DNA of 63,896 nt, filler included, from Octopus bimaculoides (GCF_001194135.2; 6 parts of 5 records of this genome joined end to end with filler, not necessarily neighbours in it), one strand, 5' to 3'. Counted from the first letter of the whole stretch, positions 1 to 11,329 are shown. Program-made: numbers and translations. The notes: a model not told the origin generated them from the sequence alone.

Positions 1-352
1 GTTTCCCTAAAAGAAATGGAGAAACTTTCAAAAGACAAAGACCTGGAAATAGAGGTAACTCGAATGTGGAATCTAAAAACAGAAACAATTCCTATCATAG
101 TAGGTGCCTTAGGTATAATAAAAAAATATTCAGACAAATACATAACAAAAACACCAGGACTTACAAATATATATTACATACAGAAAATTGCACTACTGGG
201 CACTGCACACATCCTACGCAAAACACTTTCAATACAGTAACCATAAGAGCATCACAGCAAACCACAGCACATACCCAAGGCACACAGAGCTGCGCTCGGT
301 AGTGAAGTGAAAGCACGTTACAAAAATAAAACTACTGAATAATAATAATAAT
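1..352 (+). mobile_element. 3' end of a restriction-like-endonuclease non-LTR retrotransposon (R4/Dong-like)
   Basis: ORF 16-240 (EKLSKDKDLEIEVTRMWNLK...PIIVGALG...LLGTAHILRKTL) resembles the RLE C-terminus of R4/Dong-type LINEs. A short 3' UTR and an (AAT)n tail follow. Confidence 0.75.
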
Positions 353-1406
353 CATAATACGAATGATCATATACACATACACATGAAAGGATATGGCTAG
401 CCTTAAACTACTACAAAATGACAAATGTAATTCTTTAGGAAGAAAGAAAAGCCTATAGCAACAGACAAGAACGGTCAGAATAGCTGAAAACAAGAATATT
501 TTCAGGAAAATCATTACAAGAAAGTTGAAATATGTTGATTTTTGCCTCTAACAGGTGAAGTATGCCACTGCAAACCGATTTCCGCCAGACGACCTATTTA
601 AATAGTTTTCAAAAGTTTTCTAGAACGATAAATCAAGATTTGAGTCTTGTGTGCTTTGGCATATCAGAAGAATAGTTTCTCCTTTCGGTGGAATACCTGT
701 ATACTTAGCAGGAGACTTGTGCCAGACACTTCCTGACATTTGAAAGGGTATAAAGTCTGATAAAATCAAAAGCTGTTTTAAAGCCTCAAATTGAAGGACA
801 CGTTTTAAAAAACTTAAACTAGAAACAGACGTGAAAATCTACCTTAACACAGAACCATATTTAATAGATTTTACTAAAAGACCTTTAGAATTTTGGATCT
901 TTCAAGTACTACAGTACTTGAATAGAAATTAGTTAAAAAAGTTGAGAATGAAATATTATTTTACGTTATATACTTGTGTGTTTTGCTATTTGTACTTTTG
1001 TAGGAAACGCAGCTTGATTCGTCTTTTGATTTGCTANNNNNNNNNNNNNNNNNNNNNNNNNNNNNNNNNNNNNNNNNNNNNNNNNNNNNNNNNNNNNNNN
1101 NNNNNNNNNNNNNNNNNNNNNNNNNNNNNNNNNNNNNNNNNNNNNNNNNNNNNNNNNNNNNNNNNNNNNNNNNNNNNNNNNNNNNNNNNNNNNNNNNNNN
1201 TATATATATATATATAAACATATAGATTTTGCAAAGGCATGTATGTATTTATGTATCTATAGCCCACGATGTGAGCCACCGTTTTGCACTTAGATATTTG
1301 AAATTTTGCATAACGGCAGATCTCCAAGGATACGATCACAAACAATGTGATATATTCTGATTCGTTATACAAAACTGGGCAACGCCAGGTACTGTTACTA
1401 GTATTT

Positions 1407-1456
<50 letters not shown>

Positions 1457-2464
1457 CGCATATAATCACACATACATGCATATTCTTGTATGATGCATGT
1501 GTACAGTGTCTTTACATAGAGCATTCAGAAGTAACACACACACATGCACACGCATATACACACACACACACACACGCACGCATACACGCACGCACGCACG
1601 CACGCACGCACACAATTCAAATTCATACAGATATATGTACATTATGCAGTCATGCACACGTCTGCACGCACACAATGGGTTTAGACACTCAATGCTTAAT
1701 TATTAATTGAATGCTAATTAAATTTTCACCATTAGCTTTGACGGTTGATTTCCTTGGTATTATGGTCTTGTAATCTAATCCTCGTCCCCAAACGGAAAAC
1801 AAAGCAAAACAGTCATATCCTTTTGATCATCATCATCATAATTTTGATCATCATCATCATAATTTTGATCATCATCATCAACAACAAAAACAACAACAAC
1901 AACAACAATAACAAAGATAACAGGAGCACTCTCTCCCCCTCCCCCCTCTATCTCTCTTACACACACATTTCTCTGAATTTTTGTTTTTTACTTGTTTCAG
2001 TCATTGGACCGTTTTAAAGCACCGTTTTAAAGGATTTAGTCGAGCAGAACCGATTCCAGTACTTATTTACAGTAAATATGGTACTGAACCTTATTTGCCG
2101 AACTGCTAAGTTACGGGGACGTAAACAAACCAACACCGGCTGTCAAGCCGTGGGTGTGTGTGTAGAAACACAAACGCAAAGGTACATACACATACACGCA
2201 TAAAGAACAGGTTTCTACAGTTTCCGCCTACCAAGTTCACTCACAAGGCATTGGTCAGCCCGAGGCTGTAGTGGTTGACATTTGCTCAAGGTGCCGTACA
2301 GTGAGACCGCACCACGTGTTTGCAAAGCGACCCTCTTTACCACACAGTCACCGAGTCTTTTTCGCCACTTTTAAATTGGAGACTCTTGTTTTACTGGTTC
2401 CAGTCATTGGACTGTGACACTTCCCCTGCCAATCGGTTTTATCGAGCCACTACTTCGTCTAGTG

Positions 2465-2797
2465 CAAGGGTCCTCAATCATTTTTTTTTATCTGTGGACC
2501 CCTTTGATTACTATGTTATTCTGGTGGACCCCCATAGTTTTTCTATGTTTAGAAGCTAGTTTTATAGAAACTTTTTTCAAAATTCTTATTTTGCTTTTCC
2601 ACACATTAACTTGTGTGGGTTTAACTATGTAAAATATTTGAGAAAGAAACCTAGCTGTTTCTTGTAATACATACCAATACATATAGGGGCCCTTGAAATA
2701 TAATTGTGAATCCCCAATTTACTATTTTGTTGCACGGATCCACCAAAATCTTATATGGATCCTCAGAAGCCATATGGACCCCAGCTAAGAACTACTG
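2465..2797. mobile_element. degenerate hAT-type non-autonomous element
   Basis: Flanked by a near-identical 8-bp duplication (GTCTAGTG 2457-2464, GTTTAGTG 2798-2805). Ends are degenerate hAT-like (CAAGGGTCCTC ... AAGAACTACTG). Confidence 0.55.
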
Positions 2798-3391
2798 GTT
2801 TAGTGCAAATTAGCGCACGAGGGTTTGTCGTATTCTCCATGTGTCAACCACTAGGTTAGCTCTGAATCAAAGGTCGTAAAAGAACAGCAACGAAACAGCT
2901 GAGAAGAGCTCAATGTGGCTATAGGCAAAGAGAAACGATAGCTGGAGCTGAAATAGAAAATTGCCAGGCGATAAACGGAGAACAGGAGGAGGAAAACTCA
3001 GATTTAAATAAATCCACAGTGTAAGTTCTTTCGGTGGTTTTCATGATCGGGTGGTAAACACCAGAGTACAGGGAAATAAGATCACCCGAATGCCCCAGAT
3101 CCAATCTAAACTAAAGGCAGCATTTCAGAAATAACAGGACACCTAGTAGTCATGACCTATGTAGACCCGGCTCCCTTAAAGTGTCAGGAACTAACGGGTC
3201 GAAACACTTGCTTGACTGGAGTTCTCTGACAGTTTCTCCCCTGCTGTTTGTTCGCTCTGTAGCGAGTTTCCACTTCCTAGAGTATTATTTTGCCGTTCTT
3301 GTAAGATACGAAATGCATTGGCGTAAGGAGATGCAAACAGAAGTTACAGTAACACGGTTGTTGGTGCTTATTAAAAAAAAAAAATACTTAC

Positions 3392-3433
3392 CTCGCCATT
3401 GAAAAAGCAGAAAATTAGAGCTACAAATGCTCC
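3392..3433 (-). CDS. class B (secretin-family) GPCR, TM7 exon
   Basis: 42-bp exon, tttcag|GGA...GAG|gtaagt, encoding GAFVALIFCFFNGE. This is the canonical class B TM7 micro-exon. Confidence 0.9.
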
Positions 3434-4065
3434 CTGAAAAATAGAAAATTAATGGATTAATAAATACACAAATAGAAAATACACATATCTAAAATACAGT
3501 TACATTACCAGTTGAGATGATATACTTAAAGACACTATGTTCTTTCTCTCTCTCTCTCTTTATAGTTCAGATTTATTGTTTGTTAAACTTTCACTAATAC
3601 ACCACAACCACACTCCGTTTCATCTTTATGTTTTGTAATGATTTCAGTCTCACTAAACTTAACCCTTTACCAGCTCAAAGTATTTTCATAAGTGTCCTAA
3701 GCGTCCATGCTTATCTTATGACGCTTAGCTTTTGTTTCATACGTTCTGGGTAATATAAAGTTTTCCTTTCATGAGTCCTAAGTTACTCTGCTGGTTGCAA
3801 AAATTTGGGCATGTGTATCATATGCGATGCACGGACGCCAAGAAAATATCACATGTAATACACGGGACAAGCAAAGAATTAAAAAATGCATACTACTAAC
3901 TACAAAAACCCCGGGTTATTATTTGTTCCGCTGCCATGTGGTGGGACTGAACCTGAAACCATGTGGTTGAGAAGCAAACTTCTTACCACACAGCCACGCC
4001 TGCGCCTATGTACATATATAAAATAGAAAAGTATCATGATCTTAATAGTGGTTTCATGCACTTAC

Positions 4066-4201
4066 CTGTGATTTAATGATAATCTCTGATATATTCTCGT
4101 ATGTATAGACGTATGAGGAAGAACTATCAGGTCTGTTGATGATAAATACAAGCTGGAGACCAAACAGAGGAATCAACACAAAAGTGGCTTTCAAAGCTCG
4201 C
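4066..4201 (-). CDS. class B GPCR, calcitonin/CGRP-receptor-like, TM6-ECL3 exon
   Basis: 136-bp exon, ttccag|G...CAG|gtaagt, encoding RALKATFVLIPLFGLQLVFIINRPDSSSSYVYTYENISEIIIKSQ. It splices in frame to the TM7 exon. KAT-x-VLIPLFGLQ is typical of calcitonin/DH31-type receptors. Confidence 0.88.
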
Positions 4202-4211
4202 CTGGAATATA

Positions 4212-4311
4212 NNNNNNNNNNNNNNNNNNNNNNNNNNNNNNNNNNNNNNNNNNNNTTAATTAATTAANNNNNNNNNNNNNNNNNNNNNNNNNNNNNNNNN
4301 NNNNNNNNNNN
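4212..4311. other. artificial scaffold join (N44-TTAATTAATTAA-N44)
   Basis: 12-mer at 4256-4267 centred in exactly 100 bp. The same structure recurs five times in the window. Confidence 0.9.
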
Positions 4312-4545
4312 ACAAAGAAAACTTGTTTTCGCGCCTGTTGATTGTGGTGGTTTGGACGACCGAGAATTCTTAGATTCGGTTTCGAATCTTGGCTTGGAGA
4401 AGGGAGTGTTAATTTTTACAGATATTTGTTCTCATCTTGTTTGTTGTTAACACAACGTTTCGGCTGATATACCCTCCAGCCTTCATCAGGTGTCTTGGGG
4501 GAAATTTCGAACCTGGGTTCTCATTCCTAAGGTATTTTTAATGTT
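4312..4545. mobile_element. Penelope-like element terminal fragment
   Basis: ACAACGTTTCGGCTGATATACCCTCCAGCCTTCATCAGG resembles the ends of Penelope-like elements. Confidence 0.5.
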
Positions 4546-4823
4546 AATATATATGTGTGTTCTTGAGCAAGACACTTCATTTCACGTTGTTCCAGTCCAC
4601 TCAGCTGGCAAAAATGAGTAACCCTGTGATGGACCGATGTCTCAGTAAGGGGGGACTATATACGCCACGAAACTGGGAAACTGGCCCCTTGTGAGTCAGT
4701 AGGACCCAAGAAGGTAACTTTACCAACTTTTTTTAGACTAAGATGGATCACCTCTTCCCAGAGAATTGGGTCTGTGAGGGCCAACACCCTTACCTGTAAC
4801 GTTATATGAACAGTACTACTCAC

Positions 4824-4907
4824 CTCCACCAACTGATAGAATATCACATGACTCTCACTGTTGGTGACAATTTGGTTGTAATCTTCTGGGTTGAAATAGA
4901 TGTAGTT
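4824..4907 (-). CDS. CFAP251: CFAP251/WDR66 exon 6 (last exon visible before the join)
   Basis: 84 bp, tag|AAC...GAG|gtgagt, encoding NYIYFNPEDYNQIVTNSESHVIFYQLVE. Matches the recalled WDR66 F-N-P...SNS segment. Confidence 0.82.
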
Positions 4908-4954
4908 CTACATGAGAGAAAGAGGGACAAAAAAAAAAAGGGGGATAAGGTAAT

Positions 4955-5135
4955 ACATGTAGATGATAATCATATGTAGGTGATAACTACGTGTAAATGA
5001 TAATTATTTATAAGACAATAATGATAATTATATGTAGATGACAATAACATGTAGATAATAATTACATGTAGATGCTAATTACATGTTGATGATAATACAT
5101 GTAGATGATAACTACGTGTAAATGATAATTATTCA
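4955..5135. repeat. imperfect ~17-21 bp minisatellite (ACATGTAGATGATAAT...)
   Basis: About 8 visibly repeated units. Confidence 0.65.
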
Positions 5136-5549
5136 TAAAACATTTATAAGGCATGTGGCCTAGTGGTTAGGGCATTCGGTTCATGATCATAAGGTCACGA
5201 GTTCAATTCCCAGTGACATGTGTCCTTGAGCAAGACACTTTATTTCATGGTTCTCCAGTCCACTCAGCTGCCAAAAATGAGTTGTACCTGTATTTCTCTT
5301 TTATGATATAAGATTTATGGCTAAAATGAATTTCTTTTTCATAATAAGCATCAGGCATACAAAACTAAATCGGTAGAACCAAATTTGGAAAGAACTGGGG
5401 GCAAACTGAAAACAATACGAAGTCTGTGACAGCAGCTGAAAAGATCCAAACTAATTAATTCACCAACCCCAAACAATATCAAGGAATTATGTAAAATGTG
5501 TTGGTCGTAAAAAGAGCTCTAAGCAAGGGAATGTAGAATGGTAATTTAC

Positions 5550-5630
5550 CTGTAGTCCATAGAGTGGTGTCAGATTTACTGAGATTAAGGGCTTCTCTCC
5601 ATTTACAGTCCAGTCCCAAAGGGAAAATTC
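5550..5630 (-). CDS. CFAP251: CFAP251/WDR66 exon 5
   Basis: 81 bp, tag|GAA...CAG|gtaaat, encoding EFSLWDWTVNGEKPLISVNLTPLYGLQ. Phase 0-0. Confidence 0.85.
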
Positions 5631-5699
5631 CTAAATCAGGAAACAAAAAAAAATTTAATTTTTGTTTCACTCAAACAGCCTATGTCACCCTTTTCTGTT

Positions 5700-6145
5700 C
5701 ATTAATCAATTTAATCAATCATCCATTGTCATCTTTCTTATTTTTCACCAATCAGCAACTTGTATTCATTTTGCTCTTAATCATCAATTACCCAGCTTTC
5801 CTTTTCTCATTTTTTTATCAATCAACTATATCTGTCACCACCTTTCTTGTTTTTATCACTCATCAATCAATCAGCGCCTTTCTCATTTTCATCAATCAGC
5901 AACATATTGCCTTTCTCATTTTCATCAATCAACGACATATCATCGCCTTTCTTGTTTTTGTTAATCCACCACTCATCATCTTTCTTATTTTCCTCAATCA
6001 GCAACATATTGTCGTCTTTCTCATTTTCATCAATCAACGACATATCATCGCCTTTCTTGTTTTTGTCAATCCACCACTCATCATCTTTCTTATTTTCATC
6101 AATCAGCCATTCATCATCGTCTTTCTCTTCACCAATCAACTGCAT
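5700..6145. repeat. 30-bp minisatellite with 90-bp higher-order unit, in CFAP251 intron 4
   Basis: Units such as ATCAATCAGCAACATATTGCCTTTCTCATTTTC. Two near-identical 90-bp blocks lie at about 5900-6080. Confidence 0.8.
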
Positions 6146-6453
6146 CCAGTACACTCTGGAAAATGGTTGGCATCAGGAAAGGCATCCAACCATAGAAGCC
6201 AAACCAAAACAGACTAAGGAACCTGGTATCACCCTTGGCCTTACCAGTTCCTGTCAAGCCATCTCCAACCCATGCCAGCATGGAAAACAGACATTAAATA
6301 CGATGATGATGATAATGATCTCATTTTTATCAATTTTTTTTTTCAACAAATACCCATCGTCACCTTTCTTATTTTCATGAAGAAAGAAATGGCAGATATG
6401 ACAGCCTGGTGGAGCAAAAATCAAAGAAAAAACGAAAAAACAATTTCACTTAC

Positions 6454-6559
6454 TTGATATTCACTTGCTGAGAGCGTGGCGAGGTATTTTGAGTCGGGTG
6501 TGAGGGCTATAGCTGTCATGCCATCAGCACTGGCACCAAACAGTGTTTGAATAGGAATA
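6454..6559 (-). CDS. CFAP251: CFAP251/WDR66 exon 4
   Basis: 106 bp, tttcag|T...CAA|gtaagt, encoding (Y)IPIQTLFGASADGMTAIALTPDSKYLATLSASEYQ, a WD40 repeat. Confidence 0.9.
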
Positions 6560-6728
6560 CTGAAAGAGAATAACCAAGGGTTGAAGACTTCTTCCAGTAA
6601 TGACAAGATACTGAGAGGGATTTAGTAATGGTTACTGGCTCAGGCACAACAGCAGTAATTTTTGGAGGGAGGGAGGGAGGGGAAGTTAATTAATACCATC
6701 AACCAAAGTACTTGGCTGGTACTTTCCT

Positions 6729-6796
<68 letters not shown>

Positions 6797-6828
6797 AAGA
6801 AGAAAGAAAGAAAGAACATGGTACTTAC

Positions 6829-6932
6829 TAGGTATACGTGTCCCATATGATGACAGCACTATCCTTGCCTTTGTCAGCAGTTACCAGCCACTTCTTGTTC
6901 TGACTTACGTAGATACAGGTGATAGAATTTGC
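6829..6932 (-). CDS. CFAP251: CFAP251/WDR66 exon 3
   Basis: 104 bp, cag|GCA...TA|gtaagt, encoding ANSITCIYVSQNKKWLVTADKGKDSAVIIWDTYT. Phase 2 matches exon 4. Confidence 0.9.
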
Positions 6933-7004
6933 CTGGAAAAACACCATCACAACCCAAGTGTGAAAATAAAAAGAAAAAGAAAGAAAAGTAATTAATATAT
7001 GCAC

Positions 7005-7390
7005 AGGTGTGGTTTTGTGGTAAGAAGCTTGCTTGTCAACTACATGGGTGAGGGTTCAGTCCCACTGCATGGCACCTTGGGCAAGTGTCTCCTGCAATAG
7101 CCTTAGGCCAACCAAACATGTCTGAGTGGATTTGGGAGATGGAAACTAGAAGAAGCCATCGTGTATGTGTGGATGCTGTGTCTTTGTGTGTGTTTGTCCA
7201 CCACCACTTGACAACTGGTGTTGGTTTATTTACGTCCTTGTAACTTAGTAGTTCAGTAAAAGAGACCAATGGAATAAGTACCAAGCTTTGAAAAAATTCC
7301 TGGGGTCAATTCATCTGACTATAAACTCCTTGAGGTGGTACCCCATCATGGCTACACTCTCATGACTAACACAAGTAAGAGATAAAAGAT
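7005..7390 (+). mobile_element. tRNA-derived SINE, family B (GTGGCTGTGTGGTAAG head)
   Basis: Recurs across the window at about 1980-2320, 3920-4010, 8750-9050, 16050-16225, 16380-16590, 20955-21245, 32155-32310, 50890-51075 and 54925-55085. Confidence 0.8.
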
Positions 7391-7408
7391 ACATACATAC
7401 ATACATAC

Positions 7409-7662
7409 ATATTACATACAAAAATAAGAGGAATGACCAGCAAAAGTGGACTCCTATATGCTAGAAATAGATGCCGAATCATCTAACCACAAAAAATATG
7501 TTCTCTTTAGTATCTTTTCATTTGTCTTGCCCTTTTACAGTCTGTTGTGTCGCAAAATTTTTACTGAGAACATATTTTTCGTGGTTAGATGATTCGGCAT
7601 CTATTTCTAGCATATAGGAGTCCACTTTTGCTGGTCATTCCTCTTATTTTTGTATGTAATAT
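7409..7662. repeat. near-perfect inverted repeat (97-bp arms, 60-bp spacer)
   Basis: 7409-7505 is the reverse complement of 7566-7662 with one mismatch. Confidence 0.95.
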
Positions 7663-7961
7663 AATTTTAATCTTCAGATTTTTTTTAATATATTAGACCA
7701 CTGGTTTTAATTGATTAATATCAATTNNNNNNNNNNNNNNNNNNNNNNNNNNNNNNNNNNNNNNNNNNNNNNNNNNNNNNNNNNNNNNNNNNNNNNNNNN
7801 NNNNTATATATATATATATATATGTATGCATACATACATACATACAAATATACATACATAATAACATACATACACACATGTGCATGCACACGCACACACA
7901 CACACACACATACATACATACATATATATATATACAATGAAACCAATGACATCCAACTTAC

Positions 7962-8108
7962 GTGACCCTGTAAGATCCACTGTTTGTTGCTCACGTAGTC
8001 ATACATCACTGAAATGTGAGAACTGGCATAGACCACCATGGAACGATTGTCATCTGTGAGATTCTGGACAGGAATGTTTTTGTTGTAACCAAACGACCAA
8101 CTAATGTT
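7962..8108 (-). CDS. CFAP251: CFAP251/WDR66 exon 2
   Basis: 147 bp, tttcag|AAC...CAC|gtaagt, encoding NISWSFGYNKNIPVQNLTDDNRSMVVYASSHISVMYDYVSNKQWILQGH. The WSFG...Q..LQGH pattern is characteristic of WDR66. Confidence 0.92.
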
Positions 8109-9093
8109 CTGAAAGTAACAAACAAGAAATATGCTTACAATGATTCTTTTCAACTGTCAACAAACACAGCCAAGCTGAAATAATTCATTCCAGGAGTGAA
8201 TAAAAAATTCTCAAACTCGAAGGGATGAGCCCCTTTAGATACTAACATGGCCCCCCCCCCCNNNNNNNNNNNNNNNNNNNNNNNNNNNNNNNNNNNNNNN
8301 NNNNNNNNNNNNNNNNNNNNNNNNNNNNNNNNNNNNNNNNNNNNNNNNNNNNNNNNNNNNNNNNNNNNNNNNNNNNNNNNNNNNNNNNNNNNNNNNNNNN
8401 NNNNNNNNNNNNNNNNNNNNNNNNNNNNNNNNNNNNNNNNNNNNNNNNNNNNNNNNNNNNNNNNNNNNNNNNNNNNNNNNNNNNNNNNNNNNNNNNNNNN
8501 NNNNNNNNNNNNNNNNNNNNNNNNNNNNNNNNNNNNNNNNNNNNNNNNNNNNNNNNNNNNNNNNNNNNNNNNNNNNNNNNNNNNNNNNNNNNNNNNNNNN
8601 NNNNNNNNNNNNNNNNNNNNNNNNNNNNNNNNNNNNNNNNNNNNNNNNNNNNNNNNNNNNNNNNNNNNNNNNNNNNNNNNNNNNNNNNNNNNNNNNNNNN
8701 NNNNNNNNNNNNNNNNNNNNNNNNNNNNNNNNNNNNNNNNNNNNNNNNNGACCAAAGCCTTGTGAGTGGATTTGGTAGACGGAAACTGAAAGAAGCCTGT
8801 TGTATATATGCATATATATATATATATATGTGTGTGTGTGTATGTTTGTGTGTCTGTGATTGTCCCCCCCAGCATCGCTTGACAACCGATGCTGGTGTGT
8901 CTATGTTCCCGTAACTTAGCGGTTCGGCAAAAGAGACCAATAGAATAAGTACTAGGCTTACAAATAATAAGTCCTGGGGTCGATTAGCTCGACTAAAGGT
9001 GGTGCTCCAGCATGGCCGCAGTCAAATGACTGAAACAAGTAAAAGAGTAAAAATAGAAAGTGAAAGGGGAGAAGAATTAAACCTATACCTTAC

Positions 9094-9978
9094 CAATGCT
9101 AAATTAGGAAAAGTCTTTTTCTGGTGATCGTATTCATCCAAATATTCTGGCTTATCCCCTGGATCGTCACCTCCATTCCTTGGCATTTCTGGAGGCACTG
9201 GTTTTGATCCAGGTTCCTGGCTATCTTCATCAACTGCTATTTTCGAGTCGCTATATTCTCCCCATTCCACCGCGTGTTCGTCTTCAATACTTGCTTCTCC
9301 CGCTACATATCCCTGCATTTTTTTTGCTACCCTTACATTTGCTGTCAGTTCTCCTGTCCCTACAGCTCCCTTTCGTTTTCCTTCTGTTCCTACAGCTCCC
9401 TCCAGTTTTTCTTCTATCCCTACATCTTCCATCAATTTTTCTTCCGCTTCTACATCCCTCCCTAGTTTTTCTTCTTCTTCTACCCCTGCCCCTAGTTTTT
9501 CTTCTTCCGCTTCTACATCCCTCCCTAGTTTTTCTTCTCCTTCTACCTCTCCCCCTACTTTTTCTTCTTCTTCCTCTACATCCCTCCCTAGTTTTACTTC
9601 TTCTTCCTCTACCTCTCCCCCTAGTTTTTCTTCTTCCTCTACATCTCTCCCCAATGTTTCTTCTTCCCCTATATCGCTACCCAATATTTCTTCTGTTGTC
9701 ACATCTACCGCTTCTTGCTCTGGCATTTCCACGCCTCCTCCATATTCTTCCACGTCTGCTTCTACGTTTCCGCCGCCTTCTCCTTCGTCTAATACATGCA
9801 AATCCTTTCCCCCTGTACTTAATATGTTTTCAACTTCCTCGCTTTTATCCATTCTCTCTTCATCTATGTTCACTCGGCCGTCTCCAGCAACATTTTCGTC
9901 GGTATTTATTTCTTCCGTTTCTGATTTCTCTTCCGCGGTACCTTCGTCGATCTTGTTATTGTCCGCCATTGCTGACAT
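9094..9978 (-). CDS. CFAP251: CFAP251/WDR66 exon 1 (long Glu-rich N-terminus)
   Basis: Open frame ending ...FPNLAL|gtaagg, phase 0 into exon 2. The start is uncertain among in-frame ATGs at 10011, 9978 and 9969. Vertebrate WDR66 also has an acidic N-terminus. Confidence 0.85.
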
Positions 9979-10003
9979 GTGAAACAACAAAATAAACAAG
10001 GTG

Positions 10004-10017
10004 GTTGCCATATCAAC
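10004..10017. promoter_or_regulatory. RFX X-box
   Basis: GTTGCCATATCAAC is near-consensus (GTTGCCATGGCAAC) and lies 26 bp upstream of the ATG at 9978 of a ciliary gene. Confidence 0.7.
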
Positions 10018-10105
10018 GTTTTAAATCTAACTCTACAAACAAAAGAGGTTGTTTGAACGGCCGACTAATTTTATTATTCGATATTGATTTCTTTTACATT
10101 GTATA

Positions 10106-10455
10106 GTTGTTGTTGTTGGCACTCCGTCGGTTACGACATCGAGGGTTCCAGTTGATCCGATCAACGGAACAGCCTGCTCGTAAAATTAACGTGCAAGTGG
10201 TTGAGCACTCCACAGACACGTGTGCCCTTGACGTAGTTCTCGGGGGATATTTAGCGTGACACAGTGTGACAAGGCTGACCCTTTGAATCACAGGTACAAC
10301 AGAAACAGGAAGAAAGAGTGAGAGAAATTTGTAGTGGAAGAGTACAACAGGGTTCGCCACCATCCCCTGCCGGAGCCTCGTGGCACTTTAAGTGTTTTCG
10401 CTCAATAAACACTCACAACGACCGGTCTGGGAATCGAAACCGCGATCCTATGACC
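10106..10455 (-). mobile_element. tRNA-derived SINE, family A (5'-truncated)
   Basis: Reverse complement matches the copies at 12883 and 52267 and carries a (CAA)n tail. Confidence 0.85.
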
Positions 10456-10559
10456 CATCGTCGTTGTCGTAACCGACGGAGTGTCAAGATATATATTATA
10501 CTGGATCGGTCTAAGGGAGGTAACTAAAGGTACTCAACAATACAAATAGCTTCTCATTC

Positions 10560-11120
10560 ACGAATACAGTATGACGTTGACAACGGTTGTGTAAAAGAGC
10601 AATTATGACACCAAAGCACATTGCTGTGAGTAATTTCAATGGAAGACTCGTCGAAAATTGTCAGTTACCCGGTTGAGTTCTTAAACTCATTGGAGTCACA
10701 AGGAGCTCCTCTTCATTGCCTTCGATTGAAAATAGGCTCTCCAATCATGCCTCTGTAGAATTTTTCTTAATCAAAGCTGTGCCATAGCACAAGACTTGTG
10801 AAGAAATTAACGAGAAATGTCACAGAGGCCACAATAATTTTTGTCTGTGGAAAAGGCAAAGAAGTTTTTATTCCTCGCTTAACTTTAATACCTTCCAATA
10901 TGCCCTTCCAATTCAAATGACTTCAATTTCCAATACATCTGTCTTTTGCGATGTCCATTAATAAGTCCCAAGATCAGACTTTGAAATTTACTGCTTTGCA
11001 ATTAGAGGAGGACTGATTTTAACTCAGCCAGTCATATGTTGGGGTTCCAGAGTGGGGAGCAAGGACAATCTTTTCATTTTCGCTCTTACTGGTAAAACCC
11101 GAAACTTTATCATCAGGAAG
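10560..11120 (+). mobile_element. degraded Helitron PIF1-helicase C-terminal fragment
   Basis: Translates with stops and frameshifts to YPVEFLNSL...[10 protein letters not shown]...VFIPRLTLIP...LQFPI..SFAMSINKSQ.QTL. Confidence 0.85.
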
Positions 11121-11329
11121 TTTTTAGCATGGGATCAACAAACTAAAATTTGCAGAACGAATAATAACTTTTAATTGATATTGTCAATGTCACATTATAT
11201 TCCTCTAAGAAAAGCTACTTGTATTTTTTGTTTGTCGTAATACTTCAGTTCAATAAAGTTCCCCGAACTTATATTTAGTTATCTTGTACTAGACGTAAGC
11301 CAAAGACTGTGTGATATTTGCTTCCTTTA

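Noticed and set aside
2870-3025. Plus-strand open stretch GRKRTATKQLRR...NSDLNKSTV*
   Set aside because: There is no start codon, the acceptor is poor and no homology was recognised.
4720-4794. Possible CFAP251 exon 7 (LALTDPILWE...KKVGK)
   Set aside because: It would need a 29-nt intron, the similarity is weak, and the sequence looks repeat-derived.
9979-10011. Apparent signal peptide MATTLFILLFHMSA, or 9022-10011 as a stand-alone secreted acidic protein
   Set aside because: The ORF splices in frame into WD40 exons of CFAP251, an axonemal protein, and the upstream ATG lies inside the X-box.
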